Assembly (NCBI RefSeq): GCF_041886205.1 | Contig: NZ_CP169029.1 | Reading direction: 5' to 3' (one strand) | Length of the DNA: 64,000 nucleotides | Source of the DNA: Escherichia coli | GTDB lineage: Bacteria; Pseudomonadota; Gammaproteobacteria; Enterobacterales; Enterobacteriaceae | In this document: positions 12,843 to 24,369 of the stretch, piece by piece | Layout: every line of letters starts with the position of its first letter | Position numbering within the stretch: position 1 is the first letter of the stretch | Made by a program: the position numbers and the translations under genes | The notes under the pieces: model-generated | Database searches by the model: none | The model's input: only the letters and a program-made list of their open reading frames with translations | What the model was told of the DNA's origin: nothing

Positions 12843-13604
12843 ATGGCACAGGTTGCGATTATTACCGCCTCCGATTCGGGGATCGGCAAAGAGTGCGCGT
12901 TATTACTGGCGCAGCAGGGGTTTGATATTGGTATTACCTGGCACTCAGATGAAGAAGGGGCAAAAGATACCGCGCGTGAGGTAGTTAGCCACGGCGTACG
13001 TGCGGAGATCGTGCAGCTGGATCTCGGCAATCTACCAGAAGGGGCACTGGCGCTGGAGAAACTCATTCAACGGCTGGGGCGCATTGATGTGCTGGTGAAT
13101 AATGCGGGTGCAATGACCAAAGCGCCGTTTCTTGATATGGCTTTTGATGAGTGGCGCAAGATTTTTACCGTTGATGTCGATGGTGCATTCTTATGCTCGC
13201 AAATTGCGGCTCGTCAGATGGTGAAACAAGGGCAGGGCGGTCGCATCATCAACATTACGTCGGTACATGAACATACGCCGCTGCCGGATGCCAGCGCCTA
13301 CACAGCCGCTAAACATGCGCTCGGTGGGTTAACCAAAGCGATGGCGCTGGAGCTGGTCAGGCATAAGATTTTGGTGAACGCAGTCGCGCCTGGGGCGATC
13401 GCCACGCCAATGAATGGCATGGATGACAGCGACGTGAAGCCCGACGCGGAGCCTTCGATTCCCTTGCGGCGTTTTGGCGCAACGCATGAGATTGCCAGCC
13501 TGGTGGTGTGGCTTTGTTCGGAGGGCGCAAATTACACCACCGGGCAGTCGTTGATAGTGGATGGCGGCTTTATGTTGGCGAATCCACAGTTCAACCCAGA
13601 ATAG
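12843..13604 (+). CDS. yohF: short-chain dehydrogenase/reductase YohF, 253 aa
   Basis: SDR cofactor motif TASDSGIG and catalytic YTAAK; start set at MAQVAIITAS. Confidence 0.88.
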   Translation: MAQVAIITASDSGIGKECALLLAQQGFDIGITWHSDEEGAKDTAREVVSHGVRAEIVQLDLGNLPEGALALEKLIQRLGRIDVLVNNAGAMTKAPFLDMAFDEWRKIFTVDVDGAFLCSQIAARQMVKQGQGGRIINITSVHEHTPLPDASAYTAAKHALGGLTKAMALELVRHKILVNAVAPGAIATPMNGMDDSDVKPDAEPSIPLRRFGATHEIASLVVWLCSEGANYTTGQSLIVDGGFMLANPQFNPE

Positions 13605-13654
13605 CGCAGTGAGGTGCGTGGATATTTCATTGGGTAATATTTTGGTCGGCATGA

Positions 13655-13745
13655 AAAGACGCACAAGCGTCGTATCAGGCATGGTACTCCGGATGTCGGA
13701 TGCGGCGCGAACGCCTTATCCAGGGCAATGGTTTTACGCCTGATG
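13655..13745. repeat. REP/BIME-like repeat cluster
   Basis: gacgcacaagcgtcgtatcaggc and cggatgcggcgcgaacgccttatcc resemble REP units, between yohF and yohD. Confidence 0.45.
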
Positions 13746-14312
13746 ATCCGGCTTTTTCTTCCCGCGTCGTTTCAGCCACCAGCGCACGCCTACCACCAGA
13801 ACCACGACCAGAATCAACCAGACCCAGTGCTTCAAATGCTGGTCGAGATTGTGCAACCACGGCGCAATCACCTGACCACCAGCGTAACCGATAGTGGTAA
13901 AAATCAACGCCCAGGCAAATGCGCCGAGAATATTCAGCGGCAGAAAGATTTTCGGCGGCAGCTGGCTGGCACCAATCAGCGTCGGGCCAATCACCCGAAA
14001 GCCATACATAAAGCGCGTACCAATGACAAACAGATACGGATGGCGTTGGATAAGTTTCTGCGCCCGCTCAATTTTATCCTGATGTTTCGAGAAACGGCGT
14101 AACAGCTTGCCGCCAAACCGCCGCCCGCACAGATAGAGCACCTGGTCGCCAATCATGCCGCCAAGCGCCACAGAAAGTACCACCAGCGGGAACTTTAATA
14201 GCCCCTGATGCGCCGCAACGCCTCCCAGCAACGTCACGGTTTCACCTTCCGCCAGGCTACCGATCACCAGCGCGGCATAACCATATTGTGAGATGAGTGT
14301 ATTGAGATCCAT
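13734..14312 (-). CDS. yohD: DedA-family inner-membrane protein YohD, 192 aa
   Basis: Track ORF trimmed to MDLNTLISQYGYAALVIGSLAEGE; DedA-like; synteny. Confidence 0.85.
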   Translation of the reverse strand: MDLNTLISQYGYAALVIGSLAEGETVTLLGGVAAHQGLLKFPLVVLSVALGGMIGDQVLYLCGRRFGGKLLRRFSKHQDKIERAQKLIQRHPYLFVIGTRFMYGFRVIGPTLIGASQLPPKIFLPLNILGAFAWALIFTTIGYAGGQVIAPWLHNLDQHLKHWVWLILVVVLVVGVRWWLKRRGKKKPDHQA

Positions 14313-14481
14313 AAGCCAGTCTGTCTCCCTTTGGTTGCCTGTAAGCATACACCCTGTAAATCATTCACGCTGAAAAAGGACGTACATCAGACGGTGCAAA
14401 TTACATGAGCGAACAAAAAATAATCACAAGCTGACTTATACTTGAACTGTCAGGTTCATGAACTCACAACAAGGGGGCGGT

Positions 14482-15069
14482 ATGAGCCATGTCTGGGGAC
14501 TGTTTTCCCATCCCGATCGTGAAATGCAGGTGATTAATCGCGAAAACGAAACGATTTCTCACCATTACACCCACCACGTTTTGCTGATGGCGGCGATTCC
14601 GGTGATTTGCGCCTTCATTGGCACTACACAGATTGGCTGGAATTTTGGCGATGGCACTATCCTGAAGTTATCCTGGTTTACCGGACTGGCGCTGGCTGTC
14701 CTGTTTTATGGCGTTATGCTGGCTGGGGTTGCGGTAATGGGGCGGGTCATCTGGTGGATGGCGCGTAATTATCCGCAGCGTCCGTCACTTGCGCACTGCA
14801 TGGTCTTCGCGGGCTACGTTGCAACTCCGCTGTTTTTAAGCGGTCTGGTGGCGCTTTATCCACTGGTCTGGTTGTGTGCGCTGGTCGGCACGGTGGCGCT
14901 GTTTTACACCGGCTACCTGCTTTACCTTGGTATTCCGAGCTTCCTGAATATCAACAAAGAGGAAGGCCTTAGCTTCTCTAGTTCGACGCTGGCGATTGGC
15001 GTGCTGGTACTGGAAGTGCTGCTCGCCCTAACCGTTATACTATGGGGCTACGGTTATCGTTTGTTCTAG
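14482..15069 (+). CDS. yohC: Yip1-family inner-membrane protein YohC, 195 aa
   Basis: Track ORF trimmed to MSHVWGLFSHPDRE; multi-TM; synteny. Confidence 0.85.
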   Translation: MSHVWGLFSHPDREMQVINRENETISHHYTHHVLLMAAIPVICAFIGTTQIGWNFGDGTILKLSWFTGLALAVLFYGVMLAGVAVMGRVIWWMARNYPQRPSLAHCMVFAGYVATPLFLSGLVALYPLVWLCALVGTVALFYTGYLLYLGIPSFLNINKEEGLSFSSSTLAIGVLVLEVLLALTVILWGYGYRLF

Positions 15070-15242
15070 AAAGTTCTTTGACGTTGCATTGCTGGCGTAA
15101 ATGTCAGCAATGCAGCATTTCCTCACGATTCTCCTTTGACGATCGCACTTTTTGCTCGTTATGATGGCGTCGCTAGCCTCAGTAAATCCTTACTCCGGCG
15201 GTGCGCAACCCGTGCGCGTGAACCACTATCTGAATGCTCATC

Positions 15243-16175
15243 ATGCCGAAATTTCGAGTTTCTTTATTTAGCCTGGCCCTGATGCTGGCTGTGCCTTTGG
15301 CACCGCAGGCCGTTGCGAAAACGGCAGCCGCTACCACCGCCTCACAACCGGAAATTGCCTCCGGTAGCGCGATGATTGTTGATCTGAATACCAACAAAGT
15401 GATCTATTCGAACCACCCGGATCTGGTGCGTCCGATTGCGTCTATCAGCAAATTAATGACCGCGATGGTCGTGCTGGATGCACGACTGCCGCTGGATGAA
15501 AAACTAAAAGTGGATATCAGCCAGACGCCGGAGATGAAAGGGGTCTATTCGCGCGTACGACTGAATAGCGAAATCAGCCGTAAAGATATGCTGTTGCTGG
15601 CGCTGATGTCTTCAGAAAACCGCGCGGCGGCAAGCCTTGCGCACCATTATCCCGGTGGTTACAAAGCCTTTATTAAGGCGATGAATGCGAAAGCGAAGTC
15701 GCTCGGAATGAACAACACGCGCTTTGTTGAACCGACCGGATTGTCGGTGCATAACGTTTCAACCGCCCGTGACTTAACCAAACTGCTCATTGCCAGCAAA
15801 CAATATCCGTTGATCGGGCAGTTAAGTACCACCCGGGAAGATATGGCAACCTTCTCTAACCCGACGTATACGCTGCCGTTCCGCAATACTAATCATCTGG
15901 TGTATCGCGATAACTGGAATATCCAGCTAACCAAAACCGGCTTTACCAATGCGGCGGGCCATTGTCTGGTGATGCGTACGGTTATCAATAATAAACCGGT
16001 GGCGCTGGTAGTGATGGATGCGTTTGGCAAATATACCCATTTTGCCGATGCCAGCCGCCTGCGTACCTGGATTGAAACCGGTAAAGTGATGCCTGTTCCG
16101 GCAGCAGCGTTGAGCTATAAAAAACAAAAAGCCGCCCAGATGGCGGCGGCGGGGCAGACGGCACAGAACGATTAA
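15243..16175 (+). CDS. pbpG: D-alanyl-D-alanine endopeptidase PBP7, 310 aa
   Basis: Signal peptide plus SISKLM (SxxK) active-site motif; start set at [11 protein letters not shown]. Confidence 0.9.
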   Translation: MPKFRVSLFSLALMLAVPLAPQAVAKTAAATTASQPEIASGSAMIVDLNTNKVIYSNHPDLVRPIASISKLMTAMVVLDARLPLDEKLKVDISQTPEMKGVYSRVRLNSEISRKDMLLLALMSSENRAAASLAHHYPGGYKAFIKAMNAKAKSLGMNNTRFVEPTGLSVHNVSTARDLTKLLIASKQYPLIGQLSTTREDMATFSNPTYTLPFRNTNHLVYRDNWNIQLTKTGFTNAAGHCLVMRTVINNKPVALVVMDAFGKYTHFADASRLRTWIETGKVMPVPAAALSYKKQKAAQMAAAGQTAQND

Positions 16176-16180
16176 GTGAA

Positions 16181-16215
16181 TTACGGATGGCGATACTCTG
16201 CCATCCGTAATTTTT
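16181..16215. terminator. bidirectional intrinsic terminator between convergent pbpG and dld
   Basis: Hairpin ttacggatggc-gatactct-gccatccgtaa followed by ttttt. Confidence 0.6.
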
Positions 16216-17929
16216 ACTCCACTTCCTGCCAGTTTTTCCGTTTACTGGTTTTACCGATCCCCGGATTCATGCTGTTGGTCGGATCGTTCTCGCGATAGAA
16301 CTTCTGCAACGTCTCCGGTGCTTTATACAAATGACCGACGTTATGCTCGGCAGGGTACTGCGCGCCGCGCTGCTGTAGCAGTTCTAGCATCTGTTCTTTT
16401 AACGCATGCACATCCACGCCTTTTTTAACGATGTAATCCTGATGGAAGACATAGCACATAAAATGGCCGTAATAGAGCTTGTGCACCAGCTGGCTGTCGA
16501 TCTCCGGCGGTAAATGCTCATACCACTCGGTGTCGTTACGCCGCAGAGCGATATCCAGCGCCAGAATGTCTTCGACTTCATCGGAATGCACCGCCTGATA
16601 ACGAATTGCTGCGCCCGCAGCGGCGAAACGGTGTAAAAACGCTTTGCTGCCTTCCTCCGGCGTACAGACAAAGAAATCGCCTTCGGCCTGTTTGAAATAA
16701 TCCACCAACCACGATTTGGCTTCGCCCACGCCATCGCCCGCCATTTTTAACAGCAGATGATGCTCGTATTTATCGCGCCAGTTTTTCATGCGCGGCGGTA
16801 AATGGCTGGGGAACAGGTGACCGAATTTTTGCATCGCACGGTCAGTAAAATGCGGACGGAAGAATTTCACTTTCTCCAGCATCGCATCGGTGCGTCCCTT
16901 GAGATTAAAGAAGAACGGCATCTTGTCGGTGCCTAACTTATCAATCATCAGGAAGGTGTCTTTGCCGTATTTTTCCGCAATATCGTAGATATCCCGGTGC
17001 ATATATTCCCCGGCAACCGGCAGATTTTCGAAGTTAGCCAGAATATGACGGCGGATTTCGGTCAGCACTTCCGGCTGGTTGGTGCCGATATAAAACACCT
17101 GCTGATTTTTTTCCGCTTCGAAGGTATCTAGACGTACTGCAAAGACCGCCAGCTTCCCGGCGCAACCAGAAGATTCAAATAACCGATCAGGATCGGCGTT
17201 ATAACGTGCGGGCGTGTCGGCTTCAATATCACGAACGCGGTGGACATAGTCATAATCGTGGGCGTGACGACCATCGTGACGCACATCGTCATCTTTGATG
17301 CGATCATCATCCAGCTTGCTAAGGATCTGCTCCGGCGTTTCGCCCAGATCAATCCCCAGATGGTTCACTAGCGTCAGTTTGCCGTCTTCATTTATACGCG
17401 CGAATAACGACATTTCGGTATACGCCGGGCCACGTTGCACCAGCGAGCCGCCGGAGTTGTTACAAATACCGCCGATGACCGATGCGCCTATACACGATGA
17501 TCCAATCACTGAGTGCGGTTCGCGTCCCAGCGGTTTGAGGGCTTTTTCCAGCGAATAGAGCGTGGTGCCCGGATAGGCCAGCACCTGTTCGCCCTTGCCA
17601 AGAACGTGCAGCTTGTCGAGACGCAGGGTGCTGATGATAACGACATCGCGATCATAATCGTTACCGTTTGGCGTCGATCCTTCGGTCAGGCCTGTATTGG
17701 CGGCCTGCATCAGAATAATTTTGTCGGCGGTGACGCAGGCTTTCAGCACCCGCCACAATTCCAGTAGTGAGCCAGGGAAAACGACAGCCAGCGCGTCGCC
17801 CTGACCAGAACGGAAGCCCTTGCGATAGCGGGCCGTTTTTGCGGGATCGGTGAGCAGGTGTGAAGAACCCACCAGACGAGCAAGTTCATTCAAAAAGGCT
17901 TTATTATCAGTTGTTGTCATGGAAGACAT
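16214..17929 (-). CDS. dld: FAD-dependent D-lactate dehydrogenase, 571 aa
   Basis: Track ORF trimmed to MSSMTTTDNKAFLNELARLVG; length and synteny. Confidence 0.92.
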   Translation of the reverse strand: MSSMTTTDNKAFLNELARLVGSSHLLTDPAKTARYRKGFRSGQGDALAVVFPGSLLELWRVLKACVTADKIILMQAANTGLTEGSTPNGNDYDRDVVIISTLRLDKLHVLGKGEQVLAYPGTTLYSLEKALKPLGREPHSVIGSSCIGASVIGGICNNSGGSLVQRGPAYTEMSLFARINEDGKLTLVNHLGIDLGETPEQILSKLDDDRIKDDDVRHDGRHAHDYDYVHRVRDIEADTPARYNADPDRLFESSGCAGKLAVFAVRLDTFEAEKNQQVFYIGTNQPEVLTEIRRHILANFENLPVAGEYMHRDIYDIAEKYGKDTFLMIDKLGTDKMPFFFNLKGRTDAMLEKVKFFRPHFTDRAMQKFGHLFPSHLPPRMKNWRDKYEHHLLLKMAGDGVGEAKSWLVDYFKQAEGDFFVCTPEEGSKAFLHRFAAAGAAIRYQAVHSDEVEDILALDIALRRNDTEWYEHLPPEIDSQLVHKLYYGHFMCYVFHQDYIVKKGVDVHALKEQMLELLQQRGAQYPAEHNVGHLYKAPETLQKFYRENDPTNSMNPGIGKTSKRKNWQEVE

Positions 17930-18124
17930 TTTCCACTCCTTGTGGTGGCGAAAAAATATCACAAACTAGAATAGCGCCTTGTATGACAATTCAGCGAGTG
18001 AATATTTTGAAAATTCAGACAATAAACTGAGCATTCTTTTTCTCTCTCCATCATGCTTATGGCAAACTACGGTTTTTGCACCATTTTCGCTGCCTCGTCG
18101 GGCAACAGAGGAAGAAAAATCCAT

Positions 18125-20422
18125 ATGAAATGGCTATGTTCAGTAGGAATCGCGGTGAGTCTGGCCCTGCAGCCAGCACTGGCGGATGATTTATTCGGCA
18201 ACCATCCATTAACGCCCGAAGCGCGGGATGCGTTCGTCACCGAACTGCTTAAGAAAATGACAGTTGATGAGAAAATTGGTCAGCTGCGCTTAATCAGCGT
18301 CGGCCCGGATAACCCGAAAGAGGCGATCCGCGAGATGATCAAAGACGGTCAGGTTGGGGCGATTTTCAACACCGTAACCCGTCAGGATATCCGCGCCATG
18401 CAGGATCAGGTGATGGAATTAAGCCGCCTGAAAATTCCTCTTTTCTTTGCTTACGACGTGCTGCACGGTCAGCGCACGGTGTTCCCGATTAGCCTCGGTC
18501 TGGCCTCGTCTTTTAACCTCGATGCAGTAAAAAAGGTCGGACGTGTCTCTGCTTATGAAGCGGCAGATGATGGCCTGAATATGACCTGGGCACCGATGGT
18601 CGATGTCTCGCGCGATCCGCGCTGGGGACGTGCTTCCGAAGGTTTTGGCGAAGATACGTATCTCACCTCAACAATGGGTAAAACCATGGTGGAAGCGATG
18701 CAGGGTAAAAGCCCGGCAGATCGCTACTCGGTGATGACCAGCGTCAAACACTTTGCCGCATACGGCGCGGTAGAAGGCGGTAAAGAGTACAACACCGTCG
18801 ATATGAGTCCGCAGCGCCTGTTTAATGATTATATGCCGCCGTACAAAGCGGGGCTGGACGCAGGCAGCGGCGCGGTGATGGTGGCGCTGAACTCGCTGAA
18901 CGGCACGCCAGCCACCTCCGATACCTGGCTGCTGAAAGATGTTCTGCGCGATCAGTGGGGTTTTAAAGGCATCACCGTTTCCGATCATGGTGCAATCAAA
19001 GAGCTGATTAAACATGGCACGGCGGCAGACCCGGAAGATGCGGTGCGCGTGGCGCTGAAATCCGGAATCAACATGAGCATGAGCGACGAGTACTACTCGA
19101 AGTATCTGCCTGGGTTGATCAAATCTGGCAAAGTGACGATGGCAGAGCTGGACGATGCTGCCCGCCATGTACTGAACGTTAAATATGATATGGGGTTGTT
19201 TAACGACCCATACAGCCATTTGGGGCCGAAAGAGTCTGACCCGGTGGATACCAATGCCGAAAGCCGCCTGCACCGTAAAGAAGCGCGTGAAGTGGCGCGT
19301 GAAAGCCTGGTGTTGCTGAAAAACCGTCTCGAAACGTTACCGCTGAAAAAATCGGCCACCATTGCGGTGGTTGGGCCACTGGCGGACAGTAAACGTGACG
19401 TGATGGGCAGCTGGTCCGCAGCCGGTGTTGCCGATCAATCCGTGACCGTACTGACCGGGATTAAAAATGCCGTCGGTGAAAACGGTAAAGTGCGGTACGC
19501 CAAAGGGGCGAACGTTACCAGTGACAAAGGCATTATCGATTTCCTGAATCAGTATGAAGAAGCGGTCAAAGTCGATCCGCGCTCGCCGCAAGAGATGATT
19601 GATGAAGCGGTGCAGACTGCGAAACAATCTGATGTGGTGGTGGCTGTGGTCGGTGAAGCACAAGGCATGGCGCACGAGGCCTCCAGCCGTACCGATATCA
19701 CTATTCCGCAAAGCCAACGTGACTTGATTGCGGCGCTGAAAGCCACTGGTAAACCGCTGGTGCTGGTGCTGATGAACGGGCGTCCGCTGGCGCTGGTGAA
19801 AGAAGATCAGCAGGCTGATGCGATTCTGGAAACCTGGTTTGCGGGGACTGAAGGCGGTAATGCAATTGCCGATGTATTGTTTGGCGATTACAACCCGTCC
19901 GGCAAGCTGCCAATGTCCTTCCCGCGTTCTGTCGGGCAGATCCCGGTGTACTACAGCCATCTGAATACCGGGCGTCCGTATAATGCCGACAAGCCGAACA
20001 AATACACTTCGCGTTATTTTGATGAGGCTAACGGGGCGCTGTATCCGTTCGGCTATGGTCTGAGCTATACCACTTTCACCGTCTCTGATGTGAAACTTTC
20101 TGCGCCGACCATGAAGCGTGACGGTAAAGTAACTGCCAGCGTGCAGGTGACGAACACCGGTAAGCGCGAAGGGGCGACGGTAGTCCAGATGTACTTGCAG
20201 GATGTGACGGCTTCCATGAGCCGTCCAGTGAAGCAGCTGAAAGGCTTTGAAAAAATCACCCTGAAGCCGGGCGAAACTCAGACCGTCAGCTTCCCGATTG
20301 ATATCGAGGCGCTGAAGTTCTGGAATCAACAGATGAAATATGACGCCGAGCCTGGCAAGTTCAATGTCTTTATCGGCACTGATTCCGCACGCGTTAAGAA
20401 AGGCGAGTTTGAGTTGCTGTAA
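18125..20422 (+). CDS. bglX: periplasmic beta-glucosidase BglX (GH3), 765 aa
   Basis: Track ORF trimmed to signal-peptide start MKWLCSVGIAVSLALQPALA; GH3 family length. Confidence 0.92.
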   Translation: MKWLCSVGIAVSLALQPALADDLFGNHPLTPEARDAFVTELLKKMTVDEKIGQLRLISVGPDNPKEAIREMIKDGQVGAIFNTVTRQDIRAMQDQVMELSRLKIPLFFAYDVLHGQRTVFPISLGLASSFNLDAVKKVGRVSAYEAADDGLNMTWAPMVDVSRDPRWGRASEGFGEDTYLTSTMGKTMVEAMQGKSPADRYSVMTSVKHFAAYGAVEGGKEYNTVDMSPQRLFNDYMPPYKAGLDAGSGAVMVALNSLNGTPATSDTWLLKDVLRDQWGFKGITVSDHGAIKELIKHGTAADPEDAVRVALKSGINMSMSDEYYSKYLPGLIKSGKVTMAELDDAARHVLNVKYDMGLFNDPYSHLGPKESDPVDTNAESRLHRKEAREVARESLVLLKNRLETLPLKKSATIAVVGPLADSKRDVMGSWSAAGVADQSVTVLTGIKNAVGENGKVRYAKGANVTSDKGIIDFLNQYEEAVKVDPRSPQEMIDEAVQTAKQSDVVVAVVGEAQGMAHEASSRTDITIPQSQRDLIAALKATGKPLVLVLMNGRPLALVKEDQQADAILETWFAGTEGGNAIADVLFGDYNPSGKLPMSFPRSVGQIPVYYSHLNTGRPYNADKPNKYTSRYFDEANGALYPFGYGLSYTTFTVSDVKLSAPTMKRDGKVTASVQVTNTGKREGATVVQMYLQDVTASMSRPVKQLKGFEKITLKPGETQTVSFPIDIEALKFWNQQMKYDAEPGKFNVFIGTDSARVKKGEFELL

Positions 20423-20456
20423 TGCTTTAGCAAGGGCGCGACGTTTGCGCCCTTTG

Positions 20457-20493
20457 TAGGCCGGATAAGGCGCTCGCGCCGCATCCGGCAGGA
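20457..20493. repeat. REP element downstream of bglX
   Basis: gtaggccggataaggcgctcgcgccgcatccggcagg matches REP consensus; preceded by hairpin aagggcgc/gcgccctt. Confidence 0.5.
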
Positions 20494-20632
20494 AACGCCG
20501 GACCGAATATGCCTCTTAAGTATTTATCTGATTCTGCAACTGATTCCTTCCGCTCAGGCTAACCCCGCCATTATCAACTATGCTTTTCTCTTAATTCGCT
20601 GAAAACAACAGTAAAAGAATGAGGAAAGCATC

Positions 20633-21550
20633 ATGCCACTCTCAAAGGTCTGGGCAGGTTCACTGGTTTTGTTGGCAGCCGTGAGCCTGCCGCTGCACGC
20701 GGCTTCCCCCGTTAAAGTCGGTTCAAAAATCGATACCGAAGGCGCGCTACTCGGCAACATCATCTTGCAGGTGCTGGAAAGCCACGGCGTACCGACGGTC
20801 AATAAAGTCCAGTTGGGAACTACGCCGGTGGTACGCGGGGCAATTACTTCCGGTGAACTGGATATCTATCCGGAATATACCGGCAATGGCGCTTTCTTCT
20901 TTAAAGATGAAAACGATGCAGCGTGGAAAAATGCCGGGCAGGGCTACGAGAAAGTCAAAAAATTCGATGCAGAGCAAAACAAGTTAATCTGGCTGACGCC
21001 CGCGCCTGCAAATAACACCTGGACCATCGCCGTGCGTCAGGATGTGGCAGAGAAAAATAAACTCACTTCGCTTGCCGACCTGAGTCGTTATCTGAAAGAG
21101 GGCGGCACCTTCAAACTGGCAGCCTCGGCTGAGTTTATCGAACGCGCCGATGCCTTACCCGCTTTTGAAAAAGCCTACGACTTTAAACTCGATCAGGATC
21201 AGTTGCTGTCACTGGCGGGCGGTGACACGGCGGTAACGATTAAAGCCGCTGCCCAGCAAACTTCTGGCGTTAATGCCGCAATGGCTTACGGCACTGACGG
21301 TCCGGTCGCAGCGCTGGGGTTGCAAACCTTAAGCGATCCGCAAGGCGTGCAACCTATCTACGCGCCTGCACCAGTGGTGCGTGAGTCGGTGCTGAAAGAG
21401 TATCCGCAAATGGCACAGTGGCTACAGCCAGTCTTCGCCAGCCTCGATGCAAAAACATTGCAGCAACTGAATGCCAGCATTGCCGTTGAAGGACTGGATG
21501 CCAAAAAAGTGGCTGCCGACTACCTGAAACAAAAAGGGTGGACGAAGTAA
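20633..21550 (+). CDS. osmF: glycine betaine-binding periplasmic protein OsmF (YehZ), 305 aa
   Basis: Signal peptide, substrate-binding-protein length; first gene of osmF-yehYXW block. Confidence 0.9.
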   Translation: MPLSKVWAGSLVLLAAVSLPLHAASPVKVGSKIDTEGALLGNIILQVLESHGVPTVNKVQLGTTPVVRGAITSGELDIYPEYTGNGAFFFKDENDAAWKNAGQGYEKVKKFDAEQNKLIWLTPAPANNTWTIAVRQDVAEKNKLTSLADLSRYLKEGGTFKLAASAEFIERADALPAFEKAYDFKLDQDQLLSLAGGDTAVTIKAAAQQTSGVNAAMAYGTDGPVAALGLQTLSDPQGVQPIYAPAPVVRESVLKEYPQMAQWLQPVFASLDAKTLQQLNASIAVEGLDAKKVAADYLKQKGWTK

Positions 21551-21556
21551 TTTCCC

Positions 21557-22714
21557 GTGACTTATCTACGTATTAATCCTGTTCTGGCGCTGCTGCTGTT
21601 GCTGACGGTAATCGCAGCGGCGCTGCCGTTTATCAGTTACGCGCCTAATCGTTTAGTCTCGGGTGAAGGGCGTCATCTCTGGCAACTGTGGCCGCAAACG
21701 ATCTGGATGCTGGTGGGCGTTGGTTGCGCCTGGCTGACAGCCTGTTTTATCCCCGCTAAAAAAGGCAGCATTTTTGCACTCATTCTGGCGCAATTCGTCT
21801 TCGTGTTACTGATATGGGGCGCAGGAAAGGCAGCGACGCAGCTGGCGCAAAATGGCAGTGCGCTGGCGCGTACCAGCCTCGGCAGTGGTTTCTGGCTGGC
21901 TGCGGCGCTGGCATTGCTGGCCTGTAGTGATGCCATTCGCCGAATCTCCGCGCATCCGCTGTGGCGCTGGTTGTTGCATATGCAGATTGCCATCATTCCG
22001 CTGTGGTTGCTGTACTCCGGCACGCTTAACGATCTCTCGCTAATGAAAGAATACGCCAACCGTCAGGATGTGTTTGACGACGCGCTGGCACAACATCTGA
22101 CGTTGCTGTTTGGTGCGGTGCTGCCTGCGTTAGTGATTGGTGTGCCGTTGGGCATCTGGTGCTACTTTTCCACTGCGCGGCAGGGGGCGATTTTTTCTCT
22201 GCTCAATGTCATTCAGACCGTGCCTTCGGTAGCGCTTTTTGGCCTGTTGATTGCGCCGCTTGCCGCGCTGGTTAAGGCCTTTCCGTGGCTGGGGAAGCTC
22301 GGCATAGCAGGAACAGGAATGACACCCGCACTGATTGCGCTGGTGCTCTATGCATTGCTGCCGCTGGTGCGCGGCGTGGTAGTCGGTTTGAACCAGATCC
22401 CGCGCGATGTGCTGGAGAGCGCCAGAGCGATAGGGATGAGCGGGGCGCAGCGTTTCCTGCATGTTCAGTTACCGCTGGCGTTACCGGTATTTCTGCGCAG
22501 CCTGCGGGTGGTGATGGTGCAAACTGTAGGTATGGCGGTGATTGCGGCGTTAATCGGTGCAGGCGGTTTTGGTGCGCTGGTTTTCCAGGGGCTGCTAAGC
22601 AGTGCCATTGATTTAGTGTTGCTGGGGGTGATCCCGGTAATTGTTCTGGCGGTGCTTACCGACGCGCTGTTCGATTTGCTTATCGCACTGCTGAAGGTGA
22701 AACGTAATGATTGA
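21557..22714 (+). CDS. yehY: ABC transporter permease YehY, 385 aa
   Basis: Polytopic permease; overlaps yehX start. Confidence 0.9.
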   Translation: MTYLRINPVLALLLLLTVIAAALPFISYAPNRLVSGEGRHLWQLWPQTIWMLVGVGCAWLTACFIPAKKGSIFALILAQFVFVLLIWGAGKAATQLAQNGSALARTSLGSGFWLAAALALLACSDAIRRISAHPLWRWLLHMQIAIIPLWLLYSGTLNDLSLMKEYANRQDVFDDALAQHLTLLFGAVLPALVIGVPLGIWCYFSTARQGAIFSLLNVIQTVPSVALFGLLIAPLAALVKAFPWLGKLGIAGTGMTPALIALVLYALLPLVRGVVVGLNQIPRDVLESARAIGMSGAQRFLHVQLPLALPVFLRSLRVVMVQTVGMAVIAALIGAGGFGALVFQGLLSSAIDLVLLGVIPVIVLAVLTDALFDLLIALLKVKRND

Positions 22715-23633
22715 ATTTAGCCATGTCAGCAAACTGTTCGGCGCACAAAAAGCCGTTAACGATCTCAATCTCAATTTTCAGGAAGGGAGTTTTTCGGTGC
22801 TGATTGGCACATCTGGCTCCGGTAAATCCACCACCCTGAAAATGATTAACCGCCTGGTGGAGCATGACAGCGGCGTGATCCGCTTTGCCGGAGAAGAAAT
22901 TCGCTCGCTGCCAGTACTGGAGTTGCGCCGCCGGATGGGCTATGCCATTCAATCTATTGGCCTGTTCCCCCACTGGAGCGTGGCGCAAAACATCGCTACC
23001 GTGCCGCAATTACAAAAATGGTCGCGGGCACGGATTGACGATCGTATCGACGAATTAATGGCGCTACTGGGGCTGGAGTCAAATTTGCGTGAGCGTTATC
23101 CGCATCAGCTTTCCGGTGGTCAGCAGCAACGTGTGGGAGTGGCGCGCGCACTGGCTGCCGATCCGCAAGTCTTACTGATGGATGAACCTTTTGGCGCACT
23201 GGACCCGGTAACGCGCGGCGCGTTGCAACAAGAGATGACGCGCATTCACCGTTTGCTGGGGCGCACTATTGTGCTGGTCACTCATGATATTGATGAGGCG
23301 CTACGGCTGGCAGAACATTTGGTATTGATGGATCACGGTGAAGTGGTGCAGCAGGGCAATCCGCTGACGATGCTGACTCGTCCGGCGAATGATTTTGTCC
23401 GCCAGTTTTTTGGACGTAGTGAACTGGGTGTGCGCCTGCTTTCGTTACGTAGTGTGGCGGATTACGTGCGTCGCGAAGAACGTGCAGAAGGTGAGGCACT
23501 GGCAGAAGAGATGACGCTACGCGATGCGCTCTCCCTGTTTGTCGCGCGGGGATGCGAGGTGCTGCCGGTGGTGAACATGCTGGGCCAGCCTTGCGGCACG
23601 CTGCATTTTCAGGATCTGCTGGTGGAGGCGTAA
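22707..23633 (+). CDS. yehX: ABC transporter ATP-binding protein YehX, 308 aa
   Basis: Walker [13 protein letters not shown] signature LSGGQQQRV, Walker B LLMDEP. Confidence 0.92.
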   Translation: MIEFSHVSKLFGAQKAVNDLNLNFQEGSFSVLIGTSGSGKSTTLKMINRLVEHDSGVIRFAGEEIRSLPVLELRRRMGYAIQSIGLFPHWSVAQNIATVPQLQKWSRARIDDRIDELMALLGLESNLRERYPHQLSGGQQQRVGVARALAADPQVLLMDEPFGALDPVTRGALQQEMTRIHRLLGRTIVLVTHDIDEALRLAEHLVLMDHGEVVQQGNPLTMLTRPANDFVRQFFGRSELGVRLLSLRSVADYVRREERAEGEALAEEMTLRDALSLFVARGCEVLPVVNMLGQPCGTLHFQDLLVEA

Positions 23634-23637
23634 ACGT

Positions 23638-24369
23638 ATGAAGATGTTGCGCGATCCGCTGTTCTGGCTCATTGCTCTGTTTGTGGCACTGATTTTCTGG
23701 CTGCCTTACAGCCAGCCGCTGTTTGCTGCCTTGTTCCCACAACTGCCACGACCCGTTTATCAGCAAGAAAGTTTTGCAGCTCTGGCACTGGCTCATTTCT
23801 GGCTGGTGGGAATTTCGAGTTTGTTTGCGGTGATCATTGGTACTGGTGCCGGAATTGCAGTCACTCGCCCGTGGGGCGCGGAATTTCGCCCACTGGTGGA
23901 AACTATTGCCGCCGTTGGGCAGACTTTTCCGCCTGTCGCAGTGCTGGCGATTGCTGTTCCGGTGATCGGCTTTGGTCTGCAACCAGCGATTATCGCCTTG
24001 ATCCTGTACGGCGTGCTGCCCGTCCTGCAGGCGACACTTGCCGGGCTGGGAGCGATTGATGCCAGCGTGACAGAAGTTGCGAAGGGTATGGGAATGAGTC
24101 GTGGTCAGCGACTGCGTAAGGTCGAGCTACCGCTGGCGGCTCCGGTGATTCTGGCGGGCGTGCGAACTTCGGTGATTATCAACATTGGTACGGCGACGAT
24201 CGCCTCAACGGTAGGGGCCAGCACGCTGGGTACGCCCATCATCATCGGGCTTAGCGGATTTAATACCGCGTATGTGATCCAGGGGGCGTTACTGGTGGCA
24301 ATGGCGGCGATCATTGCAGACCGCCTGTTTGAAAGGCTGGTGCAGGCGCTTAGCCAGCACGCAAAATAA
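23638..24369 (+). CDS. yehW: ABC transporter permease YehW, 243 aa
   Basis: Polytopic permease, last gene of transporter block. Confidence 0.9.

Noticed and set aside
19337-20329. 330-aa reverse-strand ORF inside bglX
   Set aside because: Lies wholly antisense to a well-supported gene and its translation is Arg/His-rich low-complexity sequence typical of shadow ORFs in GC-rich coding DNA
23278-23982. 234-aa reverse-strand ORF spanning the yehX-yehW junction
   Set aside because: Antisense to two ABC transporter genes; composition is biased (Ser/Pro/Arg/His) and no motif is recognisable
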